Source: Nanobdellota archaeon
GTDB taxonomy: Archaea > Nanobdellota > Nanobdellia > Pacearchaeales > GW2011-AR1
Direction: 5' to 3'
Length of the DNA stretch: 64,000 bases
Assembly (NCBI GenBank): GCA_027334715.1
Contig: DAHWUG010000001.1
Location: forward strand, 15,324-79,323
Both the position numbers and the translations under genes were made by a program. This document shows, one piece after another, positions 47,445 through 56,878 of this stretch. The first letter of the stretch is position 1. Every line of letters begins with the position of its first letter. The notes under the pieces were generated by a model. It saw only the letters and a list, made by a program, of their open reading frames with translations. It ran no database searches and was not told the origin of the DNA.

Positions 47445-48341
47445 ATGACTGAGAAAATAAAAATCACCTTTTTGGGAACGAGCGATGCAATTCCCACAGC
47501 AGAAAGAAATCATACTTCCATATGGCTGAATTTCGCCGGAGAAAACATTCTGATTGACTGTGGAGAAGGCACTCAAAGGCAGATAAGGAAAGCAGGACTA
47601 AATCCGTGCAAGCTCACAAGAATTTTGATAACACACTGGCATGCAGACCACATACTTGGCTTACCCGGCTTGCTTAAAACAATGGCTATGAGTGGTTATA
47701 ACAATACTCTTTATATTTACGGACCAACCGGCACAAAATTTCTTATGAATTCCTTAATGAAGCTGTTCGCAGTTCGTGATGAATTTAAGATAGAAATTAG
47801 GGAAGTTTCTGGAAAATTTCTTGAGACAGGGGCATTTTATCTGGCTGCTGAAAAAATGATTCACGGAGTTGCATGCAATGCTTACAGTTTTGTAAAAAAG
47901 GAGCAGGTAAGAATTGACAAATCAAAATTAAAAAAATTTGGAATAAGAGAAGGTCCTCACTTGAAAGATCTGAAGAAAGGCAAGAATATGAAGTACAACG
48001 GAAAAATGTACAAAGCAAGGAATTTGACTTATGAAGAAGAGGGGAAGAAGATAACATTTGTTTTTGACACAAAAATTAATGATAAAATTGTTCCATTTGC
48101 AAGAAATTCGGACCTTTTTGTCTGCGAAGCTTCTTCTGTTGATAAGGAAGGGGCAAAGAAATACCAGCATATGATGGCAGAGCAAGCTGCTGAAACAGCA
48201 AAAAAGGCAAAAGTGAAAAAACTTGTTCTTTCCCATATAAGCCAAAGAACTGAAAGAGACCTTAATGGAAATTTGTCAAGAGCCAAGAAAAAATTCGGCA
48301 ATATCATCATTGCAAAAGACCTTTATTCTGTTGAAATTTGA
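47445..48341 (+). CDS. rnz: Ribonuclease Z
   Basis: FLGTS..IPT..RN, DCGEGTQ, THWHADHILG, exosite GP, HISQR. Confidence 0.93.
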   Translation: MTEKIKITFLGTSDAIPTAERNHTSIWLNFAGENILIDCGEGTQRQIRKAGLNPCKLTRILITHWHADHILGLPGLLKTMAMSGYNNTLYIYGPTGTKFLMNSLMKLFAVRDEFKIEIREVSGKFLETGAFYLAAEKMIHGVACNAYSFVKKEQVRIDKSKLKKFGIREGPHLKDLKKGKNMKYNGKMYKARNLTYEEEGKKITFVFDTKINDKIVPFARNSDLFVCEASSVDKEGAKKYQHMMAEQAAETAKKAKVKKLVLSHISQRTERDLNGNLSRAKKKFGNIIIAKDLYSVEI

Positions 48342-48390
48342 TTTTGAATAGAAAGCTTTTAAATAGATTTCTCACATTAAAATTATATGA

Positions 48391-48513
48391 GCCCCTGTAG
48401 CTCAGCCTGGATAGAGCGCCTGCCTTCTAAGCGAAGGAAGGAATTCTTCCCATTTCTCTTTTAGAGGAAAAGAAGAAAGCAGGAGGTCGCAAGTTCAAAT
48501 CTTGTCGGGGGCG
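48391..48513 (+). tRNA. tRNA-Arg(TCT) with 48-nt intron (48430-48477)
   Basis: CCTGC-CTTCTA|intron|A-GCAGG; CTTC/GAAG central helix. Confidence 0.9.
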
Positions 48514-48521
48514 TTAAACAT

Positions 48522-48594
48522 GCGGAGATGGCACAGTGGCTACTGCATTCGGCTGCAGCCCGAATTTTCGTGGGTTCGATTCCCACTCTCCGCT
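48522..48594 (+). tRNA. tRNA-Cys(GCA)
   Basis: TTCGG-CTGCAGC-CCGAA anticodon arm; U discriminator. Confidence 0.92.
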
Positions 48595-48781
48595 CTTTTT
48601 AATAGCCATATCCCTGTAGATGTGACAGCCAGATTCCACACAGAGAAACTGGCACATATTAATAATAAGATTTTAGTAAAAATTAATTTTAATCCTGCAT
48701 AACACTTAACCAGTAATTATTTGAAAAATAGCTTAATTAACAGATGTTTTTTTCTTAATACTTTAATATGGATTATTTGCA

Positions 48782-49216
48782 TTACTTTGTTAAATCAAGA
48801 TAACCATCTTGCATTCTGATTTTATTCTTCGGATAAGGAATGTCTCTTGGTTTTTCCTCGTGACCCTCTTTTCTTAAATCTGATCTTGTTTTTTCCCTAA
48901 AATTCTTGAATTTCTGTACTGTATGTGCTTTTATTATTGCCTGATGGAAATTAAAAACCACCAAGAAAAAAGTTATTGATATGATAAGTGTGATTATATC
49001 CAAAGAGTAAGGGATTGGGTTAAGAATTGCAGAGGTAATAAAGATTTGCTGTAGTCTTCTTATAATCAGCAAAAAGAGAGTTATAATAAAAAAAGTAAAT
49101 GCAGTTCTTGCTTTTCCATCAAGTCTTTTTCTTGTGCTTAGCATTAAAAGAGATGATAACATATACAAGATCAGTATAACAAAGCTTATTGTGACAACAA
49201 TGTAATCTAATGCCAT
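48782..49216 (-). CDS. 3-TM membrane protein with basic cytoplasmic tail
   Basis: Three hydrophobic helices; TAA-A-ATG coupled to the upstream gene. Confidence 0.7.
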   Translation of the reverse strand: MALDYIVVTISFVILILYMLSSLLMLSTRKRLDGKARTAFTFFIITLFLLIIRRLQQIFITSAILNPIPYSLDIITLIISITFFLVVFNFHQAIIKAHTVQKFKNFREKTRSDLRKEGHEEKPRDIPYPKNKIRMQDGYLDLTK

Positions 49217-49217
49217 T

Positions 49218-50909
49218 TTACTTTTTTAATAAATCTTTCAAATCCACCTTTTCCTCTATTTTTTTGCCCGTCTTTTTTTTGTGCCTCTCTCTTCTCGTTA
49301 TTGCATAATAAATAGCTGCACTTAGGGCAATGCTTAAGATAATTATAACTATTATATATATTTTTTCTTGCTGAGAAACAGCAGATGCCGCAACATTAAA
49401 TAACACACTTGAGCTAGCGATTTTTCCACTATAACTTACGCGGACATAAAGCACATACTGCCCATCAGGAGTTCCCCGCGGTATCTTAATTACTTGAGTA
49501 AAGCTTGCTTGTGTTTCAACTGCAACAGTACTACTGGAATTAGTTATTACCTTTCCATTGCTATCCTCTATTATGCAATTCATATTTGCATCAATTCTTC
49601 CTGTCTCTCCAAGGTTATACAAGGCAATATCTGCAATTATGTCATTTCCAGGACTTATTGTTTTATAACCATTTGGAATTGTTGCTTGCACATCGAAGAG
49701 ACTTTGCTTTGATTCAATATCTACTGCAACAATAACTTCCTTGCTGATTACTCCGGCAGTTATGATAATATTCCCTAAATAGATATTTGGAACAGTACTC
49801 TCTGTTGCTAAGAAATCAAAGCTTATGTTTTTTGATTCTCCCGGATTTAATGAAAATGAAGAATTGTCAATCTTTATGAAATCTACAAGTTTATCTTGTC
49901 CTAAATTAATTGTTAGGGGAGATGTCCCTGTATTTTTTATAACCAAACTTGCTTCTTTTATTTCTCCTTGATTAAGCTTTATACTAAGATGATCTGAAGA
50001 TAATGTAAATGATAAAGGAGCATATCCCCCTCCGCCTCCTCCGCCTGATGAAGTAATTGTTGGTGTTCCTCCAGAAGGAGTTTCTTCTGCGCTGTAAGTG
50101 CTGAATCCAGTGACATTAAAAATTAAAGTTCCGTCTAAGTAGCTTTGCTTTGTGCAAATTGTTGCAGGGCAGATAGAACCATCTCTTAATATTACAGGAT
50201 TTGAAAATGTTAAATTGTAAAGATAAAGGGTTGCAGAAGTATTAAAATTAGGAAGTGCAGTAGAATTTACACTTATACTATCAGAAGATATTGATGTATA
50301 GTTATCCAAACTTACGGCATTATCACTTAAATTTATACCTCTTGTAATATTAATTGTCTGATTGAATGCTATTTTTCCATAGTTTGTATTTTCCAGAACA
50401 ACATTGCTTAAATTCTGAAGATCCTTATAAGATAACTTGTTGAAATTTGTTGAACTCCCTCTTTCTGACCCCGAATAATTGCTGTAATAGACTATGAATT
50501 TACTTGAATTAACAGTGAAAGTCACACTGACTATGGAATTTCCGTTGGTGTTATTTGCATATAAATAGAGAGTGTGGATTCCTTGTGTCACGTTAAAAGT
50601 CGTATTGCTGTTTATTGTTGTGTTTGTTCCATTATCAATTCTGTACAAAACATAATCAGCGCTTAATGCTGTAAAATTTAAAGGAAGATCATTACCCGCA
50701 AAATAAGTGCTGTTTTCAGGATATGTTAATAGCAAAGTTGGTGGGCCTGTTACAATTATTGATAAAGAAGCTGTTGCACTTGTTGCATTTCCTGTTATAA
50801 TACTGCCTGTAACTGTTTGCCCTGTTATAGGGCCGGAATTTACTGTTCCTATGAAAAAAATAAGGAATGCTGCCGAGACTAATAATAAAAATCCTTCCTC
50901 TTTTTTCAT
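49218..50909 (-). CDS. Cell-surface glycoprotein with Ig-like domains and C-terminal TM anchor
   Basis: Signal peptide, many N-x-S/T sequons, poly-Gly linker, C-terminal TM plus basic tail. Confidence 0.8.
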   Translation of the reverse strand: MKKEEGFLLLVSAAFLIFFIGTVNSGPITGQTVTGSIITGNATSATASLSIIVTGPPTLLLTYPENSTYFAGNDLPLNFTALSADYVLYRIDNGTNTTINSNTTFNVTQGIHTLYLYANNTNGNSIVSVTFTVNSSKFIVYYSNYSGSERGSSTNFNKLSYKDLQNLSNVVLENTNYGKIAFNQTINITRGINLSDNAVSLDNYTSISSDSISVNSTALPNFNTSATLYLYNLTFSNPVILRDGSICPATICTKQSYLDGTLIFNVTGFSTYSAEETPSGGTPTITSSGGGGGGGYAPLSFTLSSDHLSIKLNQGEIKEASLVIKNTGTSPLTINLGQDKLVDFIKIDNSSFSLNPGESKNISFDFLATESTVPNIYLGNIIITAGVISKEVIVAVDIESKQSLFDVQATIPNGYKTISPGNDIIADIALYNLGETGRIDANMNCIIEDSNGKVITNSSSTVAVETQASFTQVIKIPRGTPDGQYVLYVRVSYSGKIASSSVLFNVAASAVSQQEKIYIIVIIILSIALSAAIYYAITRRERHKKKTGKKIEEKVDLKDLLKK

Positions 50910-50942
50910 GCATTAGTATAGAAAGATTATTATTTAAAGTTT

Positions 50943-51491
50943 TTATCTTTTTTTCTTTCTTCTTGCAATCAAAAGCAAAATACCTACTACAATGATAAGC
51001 CCGATAATCACATACAAGAGCGTGCTATTTGTGTTTGACGACTTATATAGCAAACTCTCTGAATTATTGACAACTTCAACAGGAATTGTTGTTGAAAATG
51101 CGCTTGCTACATGAAGCATGCCACCCTGTCCTGATGAGATTTCATTGAACAAAACATTTATATCATATGTTTTTCCAATTTGTGCATTTTTTGGGAGCTG
51201 TATGTAAATATTAACTGGGACATTATCACTTCCCAAGGGCACGAAATACTGGGAGCTGTTTTCTGTAATTGTTGCTATATTGCCTTCGCTTGAAATTGAG
51301 GCGTTGACAGTTATGTTTTCTCCTCCAACCATATTCTGCAAAGCTAGTGCTATTGTTGTTGATTCACCTGGAGCCAGCTTTAAAGGATTCTGGGGCCAGT
51401 AAGGTGATGCAACCCCCGATGCAGAAATAAATGAAATTACAACTGCTAAAATTCCCAAGGATATGAGGGTTGTGATTTCTTTTTTTTCCAT
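50943..51491 (-). CDS. Small surface protein, one Ig-like domain plus C-terminal TM
   Basis: Signal peptide, PLKLAPGES..LQN, C-terminal TM followed by RRKKKR. Confidence 0.78.
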   Translation of the reverse strand: MEKKEITTLISLGILAVVISFISASGVASPYWPQNPLKLAPGESTTIALALQNMVGGENITVNASISSEGNIATITENSSQYFVPLGSDNVPVNIYIQLPKNAQIGKTYDINVLFNEISSGQGGMLHVASAFSTTIPVEVVNNSESLLYKSSNTNSTLLYVIIGLIIVVGILLLIARRKKKR

Positions 51492-51529
51492 ATAATCTTT
51501 GTTATATCAATGTTTATCTATTTTTATAA

Positions 51530-52441
51530 TTATATCATCATGACTGTCCATGAACCATATGCCGCTGATGAATATGATTGTGAGCTTATACTTTGTGGGA
51601 CTCCTTTAAGGCAGAAGTACAAGGGCTCCTGTCCAGATGTTCCGTTATTGTAATTTAAGGTATTGTTTCCGGAGTAAATCCAAGCAGTTGTAACGTTAAT
51701 GGATGTTGCATTTAACATTGATGTTCCACTGCATCCTGCTGTAACATTGTCCACACTTAAGTTATTTGCGTAGATATACTGTGTTTGCGTTGTTTCCCCG
51801 CGAAGATCATATGCTGTTATATTAATGTTTGATATCTGCTTGTTTCCTGTATTATTTATAATAATAGGATTATTGCTTGAGCCAATATTTGAACTTGCCA
51901 GTGTTATTGCTGACCATGTTAATGATGTTGGCGACATTGTCATAGATGTTAATGTATTATATGTGAATGTTGTAGTTGAATTCTCAACATAATTTCCTAG
52001 CGTATCCTGTATTGACACATTTATTGTCCATGAACCTGGCTTGTCAAAATACCACATATATATTGTACAGGTGTAGTTCTTGTTATTTCCAACTGCCGCA
52101 TAAGGAAGACAGCTCGTATTGCTTCTTGTTGCCTGTCCTGCCATCTGGAAGCTTGCTTTTGCTGTTGTATCATTCAGATAGCTGGGTCCATTTCCATCGC
52201 TAGCTGTGAAATTGAATTGTATTGCCTTTGTTCCAGATTCTGTAGGATTTGCTGCAGAAATTGCATCAACATACGGAATTGTTGGTGGATTGCTTTGCAC
52301 TGTGATATTCAGAGCTGTTGTCCCGCTTGTTGCTTTACCAGTTACCTTACCCCATAAATCAGAAAAAATATTTGCTGATGCAAATGATATAATAAACACT
52401 GCAAAAATTGTCAAAATAAAAAATAAATACCCTCTCTTCAT
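51530..52441 (-). CDS. Secreted beta-rich glycoprotein without anchor; paralogous to an internal region of the upstream gene
   Basis: Signal peptide; colinear with 53080-53822 at a fixed offset of 1534 bp. Confidence 0.8.
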   Translation of the reverse strand: MKRGYLFFILTIFAVFIISFASANIFSDLWGKVTGKATSGTTALNITVQSNPPTIPYVDAISAANPTESGTKAIQFNFTASDGNGPSYLNDTTAKASFQMAGQATRSNTSCLPYAAVGNNKNYTCTIYMWYFDKPGSWTINVSIQDTLGNYVENSTTTFTYNTLTSMTMSPTSLTWSAITLASSNIGSSNNPIIINNTGNKQISNINITAYDLRGETTQTQYIYANNLSVDNVTAGCSGTSMLNATSINVTTAWIYSGNNTLNYNNGTSGQEPLYFCLKGVPQSISSQSYSSAAYGSWTVMMI

Positions 52442-53822
52442 ATTACTATAAATACCACACTTAGCTTTTTAAACATTATTCTTATTCATTGATTTTGTTT
52501 ATTTTATTTTTTGCCCTTGAATAAACCGTCCATATATTCCTTTGGTCCCTTTCCAGCATCTGGGCTATCTCGCTGAATTTGAAACCCCTATTTTTTAAGT
52601 ATAATATTAATGATTCAAGGATTGTGCTTTCTCTTTTTGCAAAAACAGATAATGGCACTGACAATTTAGTTTTTGCATCAAACCTTTCTTCTTTTTTCCC
52701 TTTTGCCTTTTTATAAGATGTCCAGACTGTTCTTTCATCCCTTAAAATTGCCTTTGCAATTTCACTATAACTCATTTTCAAATTTTCTTTCATGTACTTT
52801 ACAATAGATTCCAGTGCTCCAAGCTCTTTTGAGAAAATAGAGACTGGGATACTTATGCTTTCACCAATCATTTCTGATATCTCTTTTTTGCTTATCCCAT
52901 AATTGTCTGCCACCCTTTCAATAACTTTTTCAACAACTTCATTACTTTTTAGGTCGGAATCTTCCTTTATTCTTTCTATTATGAGGTCAAGCGCCCCGAG
53001 GAGCTTGTCTTCTCCCTTCTTTTTCTGTTTCTTTTTTCTTCTAGTTGCGGGGATTACTGCAACAAGGAGAACCTTTACAATCCATGAGCCATAGGCAGAG
53101 GATGAATATGACTGTGTAATAAGATTTTGCGGAACTCCACGAAGGCATATATACAGCTCTTCCTGTCCAGATGTTGCATTGTTATAATTCATGGTGTTGT
53201 TTCCCCTCTGAAGAACCGCATTTGTCACATTTACTGACGTTGCATTTAACATTGATGTTCCACTGCATCCTGCTGTAACATTGTCCACACTGAAATTGTC
53301 TGCATAAATGAAATAATTCCCGTTTTGCTCACCTACTAGGTTATATGCTGTTACATTAAGGCTTAATGCTTCTGCATTACCTGTATTGTTTACAACAAGG
53401 GGATTATTTGTTGCACCCACATTTGCGCTTGTAAGATTTAATACTCCCCAGCTTAATGAAGAAGGAGAAACAACCATCGAAGTCAGCTGATTGTAAGTGA
53501 ATGTTGTTGAACTGTTTTCTCCATACGCTTGTGAATTGTCAAGGATAGTTGCATTTATCGTCCATGAACCTGGCTTGTCAAAATACCACATATATATTGT
53601 ACAGGTGTAGTTCTTGTTGTTTCCAACTGCCGCATAAGGAAGACAGCTCGTATTGCTTCTTGTTGTCTGTCCTGCCATCTGGAAGTATGCTGCAGCTGAC
53701 GAATCATTAAGATTTGACGCACCATTCAAATCCTGAGCTGTGAAATTGAATTGTATTGCCTTTGTTCCAGATTCTGTAGGATTTGCTGCAGAAATTGCAT
53801 CAACATACGGAATTGTTGGTGG
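51705..53822. repeat. Mosaic direct repeat: three (near-)identical blocks at constant 1534-bp offset
   Basis: 51705-51757=53239-53291 (53 bp identical); 52026-52151 vs 53560-53685 (126 bp, 2 mismatches); 52202-52288=53736-53822 (87 bp identical). Confidence 0.9.
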
Positions 53823-56717
53823 TGAATTTGCAGAAGTTGTTTGGTATGTGAAGATGTCTGTTGCATTCAAATTGCCTGCTGTGTCATTAGTATAAAATCT
53901 CCATCTTATTGTTGAGCCGGAAGTGAAGTTTACACTTTTTGTAACATTACTCCAATTTGAGACTCCTGTCATTCCTATAAAACTATCGTTGACAAATGTC
54001 CCCGTGCCATTGTCAAAACTAAAAATATACCCACTTAATTCATTATTATCTGACCATAACAAGCTGTGTTGTACAGCTTCTCCTGCTTTTGTTGAGTTTG
54101 TCTGATTATTGCTCCATGTTGGCGCTGTTGAATCCATACCAACTACATAACTGTTGTTTAGTCCTGTATTTCCCAGTGTATCATTTGCATATGCATTTAT
54201 TGTCTGGTTTCCATCTGTAATTCCTGTCAAAGCATATGTTCCATTGCACCATCCAGAAGAAATAGCAACTGTCTGGTTTGCATTTCCTGCAACATTTACA
54301 GAACAGTCGTCAGGACCGACACCTGAATCTGTCACTGATACATTAAATATGAGGCTTTGTGTACTCCTATAGAATGTAGCATTTGTATAAACTGGCAATG
54401 TTATTACGGGTGAGGTTGTATCTATTGTGAGAGTCCTATTTGCTGCTGCAAAAGCGCAGTTTCCAGATGGATCACATGACTGATAATTCCATACATATAC
54501 TCCATCAGATATACTTGAAATAGTAAAATTAGTCTGGCTGTTATTTATTGGAGAAGAATTTGTTTGGGTTGCTGCCCATGTTCCGGATGTGTTTGTATAA
54601 ATTGAAACATTTGAAACCTCAAAATTATCATTTGCTATTCCGCTGAAGGTTATAGAAGATGAGGATGAATTCTGGCTGTTTACAGGGGAACTTAATGTGA
54701 CTATAGGAAAAATTGTGTCAACTAAAAATGTGTTGTTTAAACTAGAGAAATTGCAGGCACCATTTGAATCACATGACCTGTAATTCCATCTATAAACTCC
54801 ATTTGGAATTCCGGTTATTGTAAAAACCGTTGGTGTATTATTTATAGGCGAAGAGTTAGTCTGGTTTGCCGTCCAGCTTCCTGAAATATTCGTGAATACA
54901 GAAACATTTGACAGAGGGTATTGATAAGAAACTGCAGTTCCATTGAAAGTTATGTTAGAAGAGCTTGAGTTATATGAATTAACAGGTAAATTTAGTAATA
55001 TTTTGATGTTTGAAGGGGGAGCTGAAACAATATACTGTACTGCGCCGCTTATCCTTGCTGAGCTGCCATCTGCAGATTCTGCTGGTTCGTAGCACCTTAC
55101 ATTATACGTCCCTGTTTGCGTGAAAACAAGATTATGTGCTGGCTGGGAGGTATTTGTAGGAGCATTTACACTCGACAAAGATCCTGTGTCTGGATTAGAG
55201 CCATTTACTGTTATTGCTGTGCTCGAAGACATATTTGCCCATCCAGAAGATGACGTGTTGAACTGCAGGTATGTATTCACACTTCCGCTTCCTGTTGCTC
55301 CTGAGCCAGCCTGCTCAAAGATACAATAGGCAGTAACTGCATCATTTGTATTTAGCGCTCCTGTTGCGTTTGGTGCATAATAAACATTGTCCACAACAAA
55401 TATTCCGGGCTTTCCATCATGTATGAAATCATAAGAAACAGAATTGCCCACAGATTTCAAGTCAAAAACATCTTGACTTCCTTTTAAATCAGGAAGCGAG
55501 ATGTAATAGACCCCATAAGTCACATTATCAATTCTGCCAACAAGAGTATTTGAACTTTCTTCATAAACTAATATGGACGCGCTTTCATTATCCCTCACAA
55601 AGATGTCAATGACATTCTTATTTGTAAGATTCGCTGCAAAAAATGCCCTTACATAATCATTTTTTGGTATGGTAAAAGTTATATTGTCTGTTTGATTTAC
55701 ATAACTATAAATACTTCTTATGAAACTTCTATTTGCGCTGAGCCATTGAGCATCTGTTATTATGATTACATAAGTCTGGTTGCTCAAGTGGGGCGCAATC
55801 CATGAGACATAATCATAAATACCATCGTAATTTGTGTCTTTCACAGAAAGAGGTGTTATATAACTGCCATTTTCTTGCCAATAAATCTTTACCTGCGAGG
55901 GATTTGTTATATGCAAAGACTCTGAAAGGTTTGTGAAAACAAGGACATTTGTATAATGGACAATGTCTGGTCCAGAAATCCTGACGATTTTCCCAGACTG
56001 GGTATTTTGTTCTGTTGCTGTTGGTGCAGGAGTCTCGTAACTAATTTCATAATCTGTTGAATTTGTTTTATTAATGTCCATCTGAATCTGTTGAATTGGC
56101 TGCTGAACCACGAAGCCAGTTATTCTTCCAATACTACTGAGAAAACTGCCAGAAGCTGATGTTTTTGAAACAGAAAAAGCATTTCCTGAACTTATGTTTT
56201 CTGCTTCAGAAGGCAAAATCAATTTTATGCTAGAAGGCCTTTCCAATGAAACTTTTTTTATCCACTTGACTGGCTGGTTAAGAACTGCCTGCTGCTGTAT
56301 TGTTGTGACTATTGCGTTTACTCCAGGCTCTGTCGCGATTTCCTGTCCATTCTGGACGGCAAAACCTGTTGTCTGGAGATTTATCTGATTTAAGAAAAAT
56401 GCTGCAAGAATGATTGCAATGAAGACAGCAGAAATGACAGGCGCACGGATTTTATTTATACTCTTTTTATGTTTTTCAATCAGCTGTTTGCACTCTTTTA
56501 TGTAATTGTCATAGTACTCTATCCACTGTTGAATATTTCTTCCATCCCTGCTTAAGTGGAGCGTCTCGATATAAAATTTGAATGATATTTTTCCAGATAT
56601 ATAAGCATGATAAAGTCTTTTAAGATAGCTTTCAAAATACCTTTTTCTTTCTTCAGCAGCCCCTATATTTTTTCTTAACTCTCCTATGAAGGCTTTTGCT
56701 GATTTGACCTTCCCCAT
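52482..56717 (-). CDS. 1411-aa surface protein with Ig-like repeats fused to C-terminal tandem HTH domains
   Basis: Basic N-terminal domain, TM near aa 93-110, sequon-rich beta region, hydrophobic segment plus RRKKKQKKK, then MSYSEIAKAILRDERTVWTSY and FKFSEIAQMLERDQRNIWTVY. Confidence 0.8.
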   Translation of the reverse strand: MGKVKSAKAFIGELRKNIGAAEERKRYFESYLKRLYHAYISGKISFKFYIETLHLSRDGRNIQQWIEYYDNYIKECKQLIEKHKKSINKIRAPVISAVFIAIILAAFFLNQINLQTTGFAVQNGQEIATEPGVNAIVTTIQQQAVLNQPVKWIKKVSLERPSSIKLILPSEAENISSGNAFSVSKTSASGSFLSSIGRITGFVVQQPIQQIQMDINKTNSTDYEISYETPAPTATEQNTQSGKIVRISGPDIVHYTNVLVFTNLSESLHITNPSQVKIYWQENGSYITPLSVKDTNYDGIYDYVSWIAPHLSNQTYVIIITDAQWLSANRSFIRSIYSYVNQTDNITFTIPKNDYVRAFFAANLTNKNVIDIFVRDNESASILVYEESSNTLVGRIDNVTYGVYYISLPDLKGSQDVFDLKSVGNSVSYDFIHDGKPGIFVVDNVYYAPNATGALNTNDAVTAYCIFEQAGSGATGSGSVNTYLQFNTSSSGWANMSSSTAITVNGSNPDTGSLSSVNAPTNTSQPAHNLVFTQTGTYNVRCYEPAESADGSSARISGAVQYIVSAPPSNIKILLNLPVNSYNSSSSNITFNGTAVSYQYPLSNVSVFTNISGSWTANQTNSSPINNTPTVFTITGIPNGVYRWNYRSCDSNGACNFSSLNNTFLVDTIFPIVTLSSPVNSQNSSSSSITFSGIANDNFEVSNVSIYTNTSGTWAATQTNSSPINNSQTNFTISSISDGVYVWNYQSCDPSGNCAFAAANRTLTIDTTSPVITLPVYTNATFYRSTQSLIFNVSVTDSGVGPDDCSVNVAGNANQTVAISSGWCNGTYALTGITDGNQTINAYANDTLGNTGLNNSYVVGMDSTAPTWSNNQTNSTKAGEAVQHSLLWSDNNELSGYIFSFDNGTGTFVNDSFIGMTGVSNWSNVTKSVNFTSGSTIRWRFYTNDTAGNLNATDIFTYQTTSANSPPTIPYVDAISAANPTESGTKAIQFNFTAQDLNGASNLNDSSAAAYFQMAGQTTRSNTSCLPYAAVGNNKNYTCTIYMWYFDKPGSWTINATILDNSQAYGENSSTTFTYNQLTSMVVSPSSLSWGVLNLTSANVGATNNPLVVNNTGNAEALSLNVTAYNLVGEQNGNYFIYADNFSVDNVTAGCSGTSMLNATSVNVTNAVLQRGNNTMNYNNATSGQEELYICLRGVPQNLITQSYSSSAYGSWIVKVLLVAVIPATRRKKKQKKKGEDKLLGALDLIIERIKEDSDLKSNEVVEKVIERVADNYGISKKEISEMIGESISIPVSIFSKELGALESIVKYMKENLKMSYSEIAKAILRDERTVWTSYKKAKGKKEERFDAKTKLSVPLSVFAKRESTILESLILYLKNRGFKFSEIAQMLERDQRNIWTVYSRAKNKINKINE

Positions 56718-56878
56718 TACTTACTATTTATGTATATATCCTTATAAATTTATGTAATATAATAAAAATACTTATTATTTATGTACTAAGAAAATAATCT
56801 TTTACTTCGAATTCATGATCTCCGTAATATATCTTTAATTTCAAAAAAGTTTTTAAAAGAAATATTCCTTAATGATCA

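Noticed and set aside
48502..48702. 66-aa ORF from the ORF track
   Set aside because: Overlaps tRNA-Arg and tRNA-Cys and has no protein motif
51705..53822. Diversity-generating retroelement TR/VR pair
   Set aside because: No reverse transcriptase in the window. Both copies are coding, and the near-identical blocks have only two mismatches in total, so there is no adenine-mutagenesis pattern.
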